From the NCBI RefSeq assembly GCF_964194155.1, contig NC_135901.1, positions 37,634,001 through 37,698,000 on the forward strand: DNA of 64,000 bases. The letters are read 5' to 3'. This stretch comes from Cetorhinus maximus (taxonomy: Eukaryota). This document shows positions 51,658 to 63,599 of this stretch, piece after piece. Position numbers and translations under genes: made by a program. Position 1 is the stretch's first letter; each line of letters opens with the position of its first letter. The notes beneath the pieces were generated by a model. That model was not told the DNA's origin. It was given only the letters and a program-made list of their open reading frames with translations, and made no database searches.

Positions 51658-52697
51658 ATGGAAGGACAAAGCACCGTTCACACTGTGGAGAAACTGTGGA
51701 AACGTAGGGATTGTGGGAAAGGATTCAATTACCTGTCTGCACTGGAAACTCATCGAAGTAGCCACACTGGGGAGAGACCATTCACCTGCTCCGAGTGTGG
51801 GAAGGGATTCACTACCTCATCCCATCTGCTGATACACCAGCGAGTTCACACTGACAAGAGACCTTTTAAATGCCCAGACTGTGGGAAGTGTTATAAACGT
51901 TCAGGGAATCTGATATCCCATCAACGTGTTCACACTGATGAGAGACCGTTCAGGTGCTCTCATTATGGGACTGGGTTCAGGTGGTCATCTCACCTCACTG
52001 ACCACCAGCGAGTTCACAGTGGGGAGAGGCCGTTCACCTGCTCTGAGTGTGGGAAGGGATTCACTCAGTTATCCCTCCTGCTGAGACACCAGCACGTTCA
52101 CAGTGGGGAGAGACCGTTCACCTGCCCCGAGTGAGGGAAGGGATTCACTGATTCATCCAGCCTCCTGAGACACCAGCAAGTTCACATTGACGAGAGGCCT
52201 TTCAAATGCCCAGACTGCGGGAAGTGTTTTAAAAGTTCCAGGAACCTGATGTACCATCAACGTGTTCACACTGACGAGAGACCGTTCAGATGCTCTCACT
52301 GTGGGACTGGGTTCAGGCAATCATCTCATCTCACTGGACACTGGCGACTTCACACTGAGGAGAGGCCATTCATCTGTTCTGAGTGTGGGAAGGGTTTCAC
52401 TACCTCATCCACCCTGCTGATACACCAGCGAGTTCACACAGACAAGAGACCTTTTAAATGCCCAGACTGTGGGAAGTGCTATATAAGTTCGGGAATCTGA
52501 TGCTCCATCAACGTGTTCACACTGACGAGAGACCGTTCAGGTGCTCTCAGTGTGGGACTGGGTTCAGGTGGTCATCTCATCTCACTGACCACCAGCGAGT
52601 TCACACTGTGGAGAGACCGTTCACCAGCTCCGAGTGTGGGAAGGGATTCACTCGGTCAGTCATCCCACCTGCTGAGACATCAGCGAGTTCACAAGTA
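51658..52697 (+). pseudogene. C2H2 zinc-finger gene with internal stop (52132-52134) and frameshifts, ~12 fingers
   Basis: ATG at 51658 (MEGQSTVH); TGT>TGA change; three repeats of the KCPDC/RCSHC finger pair. Confidence 0.85.
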
Positions 52698-53529
52698 ACT
52701 ACAGTGATTGGGTTTTGCTGTTAATCACATCCAGGACTGAACCATGTTCATTGAGGTCTCTTTCTGCTGATGTCAGTAAACTCTAGGTCAGTTAGAGGGG
52801 TTTATTTTCTGGATAAAAGTCAAATAAATCAGCTTTATGTGAAAGACTGTGTGTCGTCTTTTTCATGTCTCTAATACAAGTTAGTTCCTTTTGAAGGGGT
52901 CTCCCTCTCCCCGTCTCCTCCAACCTCACCTCCAACAACAAGTGTGAGGAGCTCATGGAGCCTCTTTATCACTAAGATTGAGACAATTTGATCAGCTGCT
53001 TCCCTCCCTTCCATTAGCCCACCGGGACAATCTGTCCCTATAATTTCCTCTTGTCTGAGCCCGGAACTCACATTTTTCTCTAGTTTCTCTCCCATTTCCC
53101 CTCACATCCTCTCAGTGTTCAGCTTGTCCAAAGAAAAAAAAAATACTGATCGCCCAACTTCACCATGTCAGCCAATATTGTTAACGGTTCTCTCTCTGTT
53201 CTGATACTGTCCCTCTTCACATTGAGGACACCCTCCATCATGTGTGGCACTACCACCGTGCTAAATGGGATAGATTTCCAACACATGTAGCAATTCAAGA
53301 CTGGGCAATGATGAGGTGATGTGGGCCATCAGCTGCAGCAGAATTGTACCCATCCGCAATCTGTAACCTCATCACTCGGCATTCCTCCACTCTGCCTTTG
53401 CCACCGAGCCAGGGGATCAACCCTGGTTCAACGAAGAGTGCAGGAGAGTATGCCAGGAGCAGCACCAGTCATGTCTAAAAATGAGGTGTCAACCTGGTGA
53501 AACTGCAACACAAGATTACGGTCCCTGCA

Positions 53530-55295
53530 AGTTTGAAACAAGTTACTAGTTTCTTGCAAACTGTGTGTATGAGAGCAGGGAGGATAAGCGAACTGACCTT
53601 GGCACCATGATACAGGGAGACATTCAATTGGGGAATGTGAAATAGGAAGTTAGTGGTGGTAGGGGACAGTATAATTAGGGGGGTAGATCCTGTTCACTGC
53701 AGCTGTGAGCAGGAGTGCCAAAGGTTGTGTTGCCTGCCCGGTGCCAGGGTTAAGGACATCTCATGGTTGGAGAGGAACTTGGAGTGGGAGAGGAGGGATC
53801 CAGTTGTCGTCATCCACGTTGGTACCAACGACATTGATAGGACTAGAAAGGAGGTTCTGCTGAAAGAATTTGAACAGTTAGGAGCTAAATTAAAAAGCAG
53901 AACCTCCAAGGTAATAATTTCGGTAATACTATCTGAGCCACAGGCAAACTGGCAAAGAGTAAATAAAGGCAAGGGGTTAAATGCATAGCTCAAAGATTGG
54001 TGTGGGAGGAATGGGTTTCAGTTCATGGGGCACTGGCACCAGAACTGGGGTAGAAGGGAGCTCTTCCGGTGGGGCAGGCTCACTTGAACCATGCTGGGAC
54101 CAGTGTCCTGGTGAATTTAATAACTAGGTCTGTAGAGAGGGCTTTAAATTCGATGGTGGGGGGTGGGGTAGTGCGGAGGGTTCTGGAGAGGGCGTACATA
54201 GGCTAACAAAGCAAAAGGATATGGCAGCATTGCAGGGCAGCTTTTGAGGCATTGATACCAGAGTCTGACAGGAAGGGACAGAGTGTACAAACAGAAAAAA
54301 ACAGCAGCAAGTACAGTCATGAGGGAAAAATGGTAAAAATGCAAAATTAATGGCTCTTAAATGCACATAGTATTCGGAACCAAATAAATGAATTAACGGC
54401 ACAAATAGAGGTTAATGGGTATGATCTTGTAACAATTATGGAGATGTGGTTACAAAGAGATAAAAGCTGGGAACTAAATATTCATGGGTATGTGACTTTT
54501 CAAAAGGACAGGCAGGAAGGAAAGGATGGTGTGTTAGCTTTGTCAGTATGAGGTGGAATAAATACAATAGCAAGGAATGAGCTTGGATTGGAAGATGCAG
54601 AATCCATATGGGTGGAGGTGAGAAATAACAAGGGGAAGAAGACACTGATGGGAGTAGTTTATAGGCCCCCTAACAGTAGCTACACTGTAGGACAGAGAAT
54701 AAATCAGGAGATAATGAGGGCATGAAAAAAAGGCAATATATTAATCATGGGTGACTTTAATCTTCATGTAGATTGGGACAATCAAATTGGCAGAGGTAGC
54801 TACGAGCAAGAATTTATAGCATGAAATCGGGGCAGTTTTCTAGAATGATACGTTGGATCCAACCAGCAGTCTGGCTATTTTGGATCTGGTAATGTGTAAT
54901 GAGACAGGCTTAATAAATGATCTCAGAGTAAAAGATCCCCTAGGAAACAGTGACCATAACATGGTAGAATTTGACATTCAGTTTGAGAGTGAGAAACTTG
55001 GGTTGGAAACAACTATGCTAAATTTAAATAAGGGTAGTTACAAAGGAATGAGGGCACATTTGGCTGGAGTGGACTGGAAAAGGAGCTTAGCATAAAAGAC
55101 GGTTCATGAACAATGGCAGGCGTTTAAGAAAATAGTTCATGACTCTCTGCTAAGATATATCCCAGTGAGAAAGAAGGATTGTAGGAAGGGACTAAACCAA
55201 CCATGGTTAACCAAGGAAGTTAAGGGTAGTACCAAATTGAAAACAAATTACAATGTGGCAAAGATTAGTGGTAATCCAGAGGAATGGGAAATTTT
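53530..55295 (+). mobile_element. CR1 LINE 5' portion (ORF1 esterase and ORF2 endonuclease), decayed
   Basis: VVGDSIIRG, CCLPGARVKD, VIHVGTND; AILDLVMCNE..PLGNSDHNMVEF. Confidence 0.9.
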
Positions 55296-55329
55296 TAATC
55301 TGTGGAATTCTTTACCACAGAGGGCTGTA

Positions 55330-55905
55330 GAAGCTGATTTAGAAAAAAAGGTTTGGCTCTATGCACTAACTCATAATCATCAGCTATCTCTGCTGCTTGA
55401 CTTACATTTTGAACCCTTTGTTCCTCCACATGGGTTCCCGCTAATAAAGAAATTGAATCATTAAATTCTTCCAAAAGAGTCACATCTGGAAGAGCTGCAT
55501 ATGTTGTCTCTATTTTTAATGCCTGTATCCACTGGTCAAAATTACTTTGTTTTACTCTCTCAAACACAATATCAGTTTGCCTGGGCTATTTTCTCATATA
55601 ACTAAATTTCTGCCTATATGCTTCAGGAACCAACTCAAATGCGCTCAAATAGCCTTTTTGACCATATCATAATTCACTGATACTCCTTCAGACACCAAAA
55701 CATATACCTCATGCACTCTACCCACCAACTTAGGCTGTAGCGATAATGTCCAGTACTCCTGTGGCCATTTCATTTGTCTAGCTATCTTCTCAAATGAAAT
55801 AAGGAATGCTTCAATATCTTTTTCTTCAAACTTTGGGAGAGCTTGTACAAATATAAACATGTCCCTATTGGGTTCTACTCTGGAGATAAGTCCTTCCTCA
55901 CCCCC
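55330..55905 (-). mobile_element. Ty3/Gypsy gag (capsid) fragment, Gmr1/SCAN-related type
   Basis: LPKFEEKDIEAFLISFEKIARQMKWPQEYW..LQPKLVGR..YDMVKKAI and LLEEF...HVEEQR..AAEIADDY match Gypsy gag motifs as I recall them. Confidence 0.8.
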
Positions 55906-56203
55906 TGGCATTTTTTTTTCCAACAATATCATAGACATTAATAGCTTTATGACAACAGTGCCAATTATCCACAGTAACACTCTCCTTCCAGTCTTGTGTC
56001 CATTGTTCAGCCTTGAAACTGTTCATATTTTCACATTGGATTTCAATTTGAAGAAAGCAGAGCTGTCATAAGCTTATATTCTTCACTAGATGTAATGTAA
56101 CCCTTTATTTTGGAAGAATAAAACTGATAGAGAATGATTGACATCTGAAGATTTGATTCACTGACACGCTAGCAAGGCTACCTTGTAAATTAAGTCTGTA
56201 TCA

Positions 56204-56277
56204 CTCTCTGTAGGCAATTGGTTGGCGTGTTTGCTTGTTCATTGAATGGTTGGTGGTTCGTGACCATCTTGGAGTGA
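56204..56277 (+). tRNA. tRNA-Asn-derived pseudogene
   Basis: CTCTCTGTAGGCAATTGGTTGGCGTGTTTGCTTGTTCATTGAATGGTTGGTGGTTCGTGACCATC.. in the cassette position upstream of block A. Confidence 0.65.
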
Positions 56278-56489
56278 AGTGTTTACTGTTTTCTCACCAT
56301 CAGCATTCATTGTCACACAGTTCTGGGTTGTCATTGGGGACTTGAGCTGCAAGATAATATCCCCAGAACGGTGCCAGATCTACTATTACCCTGTGAGTTC
56401 CCACACAAACAGTTTTCTAAAATTATTTTCTTCTTTCAAATATAATAAGAAATGATTTGGGCCTACTATGTACCGATATCTAACCCATT

Positions 56490-56810
56490 GGAAATCTATG
56501 AAATTATTAGATCCAAACAAACACATAAATTATTCTCCCTTCCTCAGCTTCACAGTGAGTGAGACAGGGAAAAGCAGCAAAGCAGCAATATTCCGGCCCC
56601 GCACTCTCCAATCACCCGCTGCCAGCAGAAAGCGGCGACTGCAGCTTCAATCAGCGGGTCACTGCCCATCCCTGGGATGCAAGATACTCCAACCCGGACC
56701 AAACCTCCCAATACACCAAGCACAGGCTCAGGAACACACAGGTAGATTATATCCCGGTCACTAAACCTCCGAGCAGCATTTACAGAATACCAGAGTGAGT
56801 GAGTCACAAA
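56490..56810 (+). repeat. Cassette block A, copy 3 (putative exon 56548-56794)
   Basis: TCTCCCTTCCTCAG acceptor and GTGAGT donor; homologous to copies 1 and 2. Confidence 0.8.
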
Positions 56811-58142
56811 TAAAAGTCACACCAACTCTCCCAATCTTTTTACTGTAAAATTCCTTCATTTTATTGAAAATCTGACTGTTGTGAATCTGAAAATGAGCAC
56901 CATGGGATTTGTGTTAGCGAGTGACTTGTTTTCCATTGTTTTTCCGTCAGGTTTGCAATTCAATTTGTGTTGGATGTTGAAGTGAATCTGATTTCAAAAT
57001 GAGGACATTAAATCCAGGAATTAATTCTGAGGAAAACGGATCACAATGTTTGGAAGGAGGTGCAGCTGAGAAGCGGAAGCTGTGAATGAAGTTATTGATG
57101 ATTGAATGGACAGCATTAGGTACTTGTTTAACATCGTGGCTGTGTGGTTAATTAGATGGTTTTAAAATTCATTGGGGTTTAATCAGGTAAGTTCAAGTCT
57201 TACCGACTGTGATTTACATTATTGCTGATTTCAACCAGGTGTCTACAGAACTATGGGTCAATGGAAGAAAAGACAAACAAAAATCTGTATTTGCTCCGAA
57301 GAAAAGTCGTATGCACTCGAGATGTTAGCTCCGTTTCTTTCTCCACAGGTGCTACAAGACTTGTTGAGTGTTTCCAGCATTTTCTGTTTCTATTTCATAT
57401 TTCCAGAATTCGCAGTATTTAGCTTTTATCCAAAAATTCTCGTGAGTTTTGTCTCAGAGAATGAAGGGTCCTCGGGATCGGGTGGGAAATTGGTGTTGAG
57501 GTTGGAGATCCGCCATAATCTTATTAAGTGACGAAGGAGGCTTGTGGGGCCTTTTATCTACATTCTTGCAGTGCACCTGCTGAACAATATAAGCTTATGA
57601 TAGCTCTGCTTTCTTCACATTGTGAAAATATGAACAATTTCAAAGCTGGACAACGTATACAAGACAGGAAGGAGAGTGTGAGTGTGGATAATCGGCACTG
57701 TGCACATTCCTGTAATCTGTGGCTCAGTTCATAGCACCCTCGCCTTTGAATCAGAGGGTTGTGGGTTCATGTCCCACTCCCGGAAAACCAAGAACTGTGA
57801 TTGTACTCGAAAGAAGTTGCAATCTGTGACTGTTGGTAACTCGAAAGAGTTTCCTGTAATCAGTACCTGGGAGAATCAGGAAGATGAGATCCTGGTGTCT
57901 CTTTACCCTGTTGTCTGCAAACCTATCGCCTTGTGTCTTACATTCCCATGAACTGACAGTGTCTGTATCAAGCAGCTAATTGGCCTGAGAGCTGGAGGCG
58001 AGGCGGGGACAGAGGCAGAAAGAGATGCGACATGAAAGTGCTTTGAATTTGATGTGTGTCAGTGGTGAATGTCTGCCTTGTAAGTTCCACGGAATAAGGG
58101 GTTTTTTTTGTTTGAAAGCAGCAAGATTTTAAATGACTACAG

Positions 58143-58215
58143 CACTGAGCATGGGGCGCGAATTCACGACCCTGAAATTCAGCATTTCATGGTCTATCGA
58201 CTGAGCTAACTGGGA
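58143..58215 (-). tRNA. tRNA-Lys-derived pseudogene
   Basis: Reverse complement TCCCAGTTAGCTCAGTCGATAGACCATGAAATGCTGAATTTCAGGGTCGTGAATTCGCGCCCCATG; flanks match those of 2714-2786. Confidence 0.7.
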
Positions 58216-58799
58216 ATGCGAGAACAAAACCCCCATATCCCAACACATATGGAGACAAACATTGTTTTCCACCTGGAGCCTCAGCTTGTTCTGAATTTCA
58301 AAGCGTAGAAGGTAATCGACCTACAAAAGCCCCAAGGTTGCAAAGCATTCCTCTCATTCATCAATAACATCATTCACACCTTCCACTTCTTAGCTGCACC
58401 TCCTTCCAAACATTCCAAACTCTCTCCTGCATCGTTCATCCTGATATTTTTTCTCTGCAACATTTTAACGTGAAGCTGCACAGTTAATGTGAATAAAGTT
58501 TGTGATGGTAAAAATGTGTTCACTCCTCGGGGAACTGAACCACATTGACACACAGAGGGGAACACACACAGACATATACACTGAGAGTGACAGAGTACAA
58601 TGGTTTGTTTTTAAGGAGAGACAAACACCCAGAAAGCAAACATAACACTAAGTTTTATTCCAGTTCCAACTGCAGGTTTCGTGAATATTTTCGGGAATGA
58701 ACAGAAATAGGAAAACTCCCGAGTGTTTGGATGAGTTTTATTCATTTTAACCGATATTTAACGCTGTAGACACAGAGTTAAAACCAGGACTAATGAGAA

Positions 58800-58855
58800 G
58801 CGGGAAACCCCAATGGATTTGGGCTCCATCACCTAAACCAATCGGCCACGGCAAC
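58800..58855 (-). tRNA. tRNA-Ser-derived pseudogene (5' two-thirds)
   Basis: Reverse complement GTTGCCGTGGCCGATTGGTTTAGGTGATGGAGCCCAAATCCATTGGGGTTTCCCGC aligns to tRNA-Ser including the variable arm; anticodon loop mutated. Confidence 0.7.
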
Positions 58856-59543
58856 TGGTCCTGTCCATAGGTTAATGTCGATGGTAAAAAATCATAAATG
58901 TCCGCAGCAGAGGAGGATGATATTCGGCCCATCGTGTCCATGCTGGCTGATGGCAAAGGAATTCAGCTAATTTGATAATCCTGCCTTTTCTCCACTGCAA
59001 TTTATATTTATATTGTCTCTCCACATTCTTCCTGTTAAAATTAAGCATAGCAGGCATCTTTTTTGACAGCGAGCTGGCACTTTTTGCATCATTCACGTTT
59101 GTAGTTGTATGTTCAGTGAATGTAATATCTCACAGTCATATTACATTTCCTCTTCACCATTTCACAAAATAAACATTCAGCAAAGTGAGAAAATCTTTCT
59201 GCTGGCAGTGGGTGATTGGAGAGTGCGGGGCCAGAATATTGCTGCTTTTCTGCTTTTCCCTGTCTCACTCACTGTGGAGCTGAGGGAGAGAGAATAATTG
59301 ATGGGTTTGTTTGAATCCAATAACTTCACAGGTTTCTAATGAGTTAGATGTAATGACATAGTGGCTCATTGTTTTTTTATTATGTTTGAAATGAACATTC
59401 ATAACAAAAACATTGTTGTGGGAACTCACTGGGTAAGGGTAAAGTTTGCAACATTTGTGGGATCTCTTTTGGCAGCTCAAGTAGCCTGACAGCCCGGAAC
59501 TGAGTAACAATGAAGGCAGATGGGGAGAAAACAGTGAAAGGTT

Positions 59544-59617
59544 CGCCCCTGGGTGGTCTCAAACCACCAACCTTTCGATTAACAGCCAAACACGCTGACC
59601 AATTCTGCCACAGAGAC
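59544..59617 (-). tRNA. tRNA-Asn(GTT)-like gene, best-preserved Asn copy, probably a pseudogene
   Basis: GTCTCTGTGGCAGAATTGGTCAGCGTGTTTGGCTGTTAATCGAAAGGTTGGTGGTTTGAGACCACCCAGGGGCG: acceptor, anticodon and T stems pair, but the D stem is broken and the T loop reads TTTG. Confidence 0.85.
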
Positions 59618-60854
59618 TCACACAAGCTTCACCTGAAAGGCATCCTAAACCAGGGTATCAGTGAGTTAAAGCTTCAGATTGCTGCTGCCGGAATGACCAT
59701 TGGTCTCTTTCAGTTTTACTCTTCCAAAATAAAGGTTGGGACATTCATTGTGGATACATGGAAACAGTCTGATCCCACCCACTGCAGACACATCCATGTC
59801 ACCGGGAACCAGCTCTCTTACAACTCCTTCGAGCCTTTCGCTGTCTTGACTGTTACCAAGTATTCTGGTTGTCCCAAAGTCAATATTAGTTTGAATTCCT
59901 GATGTTCCGTAACGAGAATCCTCTCAATGACTCAGATCAGTTAATTTCACTGATGACATCAGAGTCAATGTTCCAGCGTCTTAAAGAAGGGAAAGGTTCC
60001 TTGAATGTCTCTGGTCAGTCCGACAGTTCACCCTTCATTCTCCCCTGATTCTGGTTCCCAAAGAGTTTCTGAAGATTCGCAAAGCTGGGGACTGGGTTTT
60101 CTGTTTTGGTTCCCAGTCCATTTTCCCAACTGCCAACTGACAATATTTTCCAAATATTGAGAAGAGGACAGCAAAGTGGCCTTGAGACCACAATCAGATC
60201 GGCCATGATCTTACTGAGTGGCAGAGCAGGTTCAAAGGGCTGAATGGCCTCCTCCTGATCGTCATTCCTCTCTTCCTGTGACACAGCCCGAATCAACTCC
60301 TGACTTCAGCAAACTGCCTTCGGAATTAATTACCAGTTAAATTAAATAAAAACCATTCAACCATTTCCGTGTTTCTTATTTCCGTTCATCTGCAAACATT
60401 CACTAAATTTGGAGTCTGAAATGGAACAATAATTGGCCAAGTTGGTGACATCCTTGTTCCCTGTGTGTTTGTCTCTCCTTCGGCCTCTGTCACTCTCGGT
60501 GTATATCTCTGTGTGTGTCAATGTGCTTCAGTTCCCCAAGAGGCTGAACATATTTTCACCATCACAAACTTGATTCACATTAGTTGTGCAGTTTCATATT
60601 AAAATGCAACCGAGAAAAATATCAAGATGAAAGATGGAAGAGGAGTTTGCAATGTTTGGAAGGAGGTGCAGCTAAGAAGTGGAAGATGCGAATAATGTTA
60701 TTGATGATTGAGAGGAAATGCATTGCAATCATGGGGCTTTTGGAGGTCGATTACCTTCCACACTTTGAAATTTAGAACAAGCTGAGGCTTAAGGTCGAAA
60801 ACAACAGTGATCTCCATGTATGTTGGGGTGTGGAATACTTCACTCTTCTTACAT

Positions 60855-60929
60855 GCCTGGCTAGTTCAGTCGACGGCATCTGAGACTCTTAATGTCCAGG
60901 TCTGTTGGGTTCGCGACCTATGCTTGGTG
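60855..60929 (+). tRNA. tRNA-Lys(CTT)-derived pseudogene
   Basis: GCCTGGCTAGTTCAGTCG...TGAGACTCTTAAT...TGGGTTCG...TTGGTG followed by a T5 run. Confidence 0.75.
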
Positions 60930-62339
60930 AAATTCCCTTTTTAAACTTAACTACTTTCAAGGGTGAACCCCAGCTCTCCATTCCTGCGGCAGTAACACCA
61001 CTCAAACTGATTATTTCTCCACCCCGCTTTGCTAATATCACAGCCGCTGGTTTCTGAGTGAAAACTGCTCTCTGCTCCACTGGAAGCTAGAGTATTTAAT
61101 TCTGAGCATTTGGTGCTTTCACCACTGCAGCCTAGGTTTAATTCCCATACAGGGGAAACCTTTCCCTTCCCGCTATGTGAACTGACACAATGAACAGGAA
61201 TTCCTTATTCAATGAAACCAGGTCTGGCAGCGCCTGTGGAATAAGAAACAGGGTTAATCTTCCAGCTGGATGATCTTTCATCGGAGCTGGAAAAGTCAGA
61301 GATGTAACAGGTGGAAGACAAGTCCAGAGGCGGAGGGAGGGGAGTGAAAGGACAAAAGGGAAGGTCTGTGATAGGTTACAAGGCATAAGAGAGAAACTGA
61401 CTAAAGGGATGATGGTGCAAAATGTGGGTATATATACAGTACCATAAAATCAGAGCCAAAAACAACATATAGAGACCATTCAGCTGTGTCAGAGGAACAT
61501 AGGCCATTCAGCCCTTTGACCCTGCTCCACCATTCAATCAGATCAAGGCTGATCTGGTTGTGGTCTCAACTCCACTTTCCTGTCTGTCTGTCCGTCCCCC
61601 AATGCCCTCATAGCCCCCCCCCCCCCCCCCCCCCCCACCCATTAACCCTTGACTCCCTTGTCTATCAAAAATCTGTCCAAATCAGCCTTGAATAAATTCA
61701 ATGACCCAGCCTCCACTTGTTTCTGGGGAAAATTCCTCAGGCTAACGACCCTCTGAAAAAACAAAAAAAAATCTCCTCATCTCCGTCCGAAAAGGGAGAC
61801 CTCTTACTCTCCTGGAACTAACTCACCTGGTCCCACTCCCCCACCTTTTCCCTGGACATTCTGCAGCTTTTGGTCTAATTCCCCTTTGAATTCCACTACT
61901 GAATCTGCCATCCCCACACTCTCTATCTAACCCAGCCACCAGATCCATCCCTCCCAGGTCGCTATGTGGAAATGCATGGTTACCCTGCACTGAAGAACAG
62001 GTCCCAGGCATACTCAGCTACTTGACAACAGAACAACATGAAGTGATTATTGTGGAAAATTGAATGAGACATTTTAAATCATCAAGACGTTGACACACAC
62101 ACTCCATAGAGAAACTGACTTTCAAACTATCAGGATGGAATTAAACACGCTGGTACCGATCAGAAGGAGTAAAATTAAAGTGAAGGGGGCAATAGAATCT
62201 GGATTTAGAAAATATCCACAAGGTGAATGCAGGTGAACAGAGAGCTGGAGAATCTTTAAAGTTTGTGCATGAACTTTTGTTTGAACCAGGTGTATTTACG
62301 ACATGTCAATAATTTAGATTGTGAGAGATGATCAGCAGG

Positions 62340-62740
62340 TGGGGAGGATGAATCTCAGTCGATAGTTATCATATTTAGTGGACAAAGTTTTCACATTTAT
62401 TCTTGATGGCAGCTCAAGGGTTTTTGTTGCTGATTCTGATAACTCTAGTAGCTTTAGTATGTTATCCACGGTTTGCCATCAAAAAATTAGGAAAACAAGC
62501 TCACAGCTGAGAAACAGTGAGGTTAGCCAAAAATCAGTTGTGAGAAGTCAATAAGAATATTCCCTTCTCAAGGTGGGGAGATCTGTAAGAAATCACTGTC
62601 ACCTTATAAAATCTTCAGAAATGTATTGAATATTATAGGAATGGCTCTCGTCCCCCTCCCCCCTCTCCCCTATCCCCTCTCTCTCTCTCTCTCAGGAACA
62701 AAGATTACTGGCTTGACAAACATAGGACAACACATCCCAA
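62340..62740 (+). mobile_element. ERV remnant: env transmembrane end, polypurine tract, LTR start
   Basis: WTKFSHLFLMAAQGFLLLILITLVALVCYPRFAIKKLGK (62379-62510), AAGGTGGGGAGA at 62570-62581, then TGTAAG at 62584. Confidence 0.6.
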
Positions 62741-63415
62741 TGTTACGTCAGGGATGGGCTCGGGAGTTAGGGAACGGAATTTGTACTGGTGAGTGAAGAC
62801 AATGGTTTTGATTTTCTCAATTCTTAAAAGGAGCAAATTTCTACTCATCCAGTACTGGATGCAGGATTAGCAATTTGATAATTTAGTACCAGTGGAGGAA
62901 TGGAGAGGGCTGGTGGTGAGGTAGAGCTGGGCATTGTCAGTGCACATGTGAAAACTAACACGGTGCTTTTGGATGATGTCACCTAGTGGCAGCATGTAGA
63001 TGAGAAATAGAAGGGATCAGGGATAGATTCTTTTTTTAGGGTGGATGATGATGGTGGATTTAAAGATGAGAGGGACAGTACCAGAAGAGAGAGGAAAAAA
63101 CATGAACAATATCAGCCAACATGGAGAAGTTAAATGGTCAGCAGTTCAGTGGGAATAGGGTCACTGGAGCAGAAGGCGAGTCTCATGGACAAGGTGAGCA
63201 TTGAGAGGCTATGAAGGGAAATAGGAAACTGGAGAAAGATCTGAATTCAGAGCTCGGACATGGGGGATCTTTAGAGACAGTTGACCCAGTGGGTTAGTGG
63301 AAGGGAGGGAAGCAGCTGATCGGATTGTCTCAATCTTAGTGACAAAGAAGCTCCATGAGCTCCTTATGCTTGCTGTTGGAGGTGAGAATGGAACAGACAG
63401 GGGAGAGGGAGAGCA
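62740..63415 (-). mobile_element. L2 LINE fragment (cassette-associated)
   Basis: SFFVTKIETIRSAAS; homologous to 16520-17090. Confidence 0.8.
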
Positions 63416-63599
63416 TTTCAAAAGGAACTGACTTCTGTAGAGAAATGAAAAAGACTCAACACAGTGTTTTACTCAAAGCTGATTTATTTGATCTTTATAC
63501 AGAATTTTAACCCCTATAACTGGGCTGGAGTTTATCAGCAGAAACAGACCGTTGAACATGGTTCAGTCCCAAATGTGATTAACAGCTAAATCCAATCAC

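Noticed and set aside
52132-52134. In-frame TGA at a Cys position as possible selenocysteine
   Set aside because: Single-copy TGT>TGA change with later frameshifts and no recognisable SECIS; ordinary decay is more likely.
57717-57782. tRNA-like sequence GTGGCTCAG...GGGTTCATGTCCCAC
   Set aside because: Looks like a SINE head inserted relative to the paralog near 2470; no complete cloverleaf.
61614-61636. Long poly-C run, and the (CT)n tract at 43209-43260
   Set aside because: Simple microsatellites inside or next to repeat fragments.
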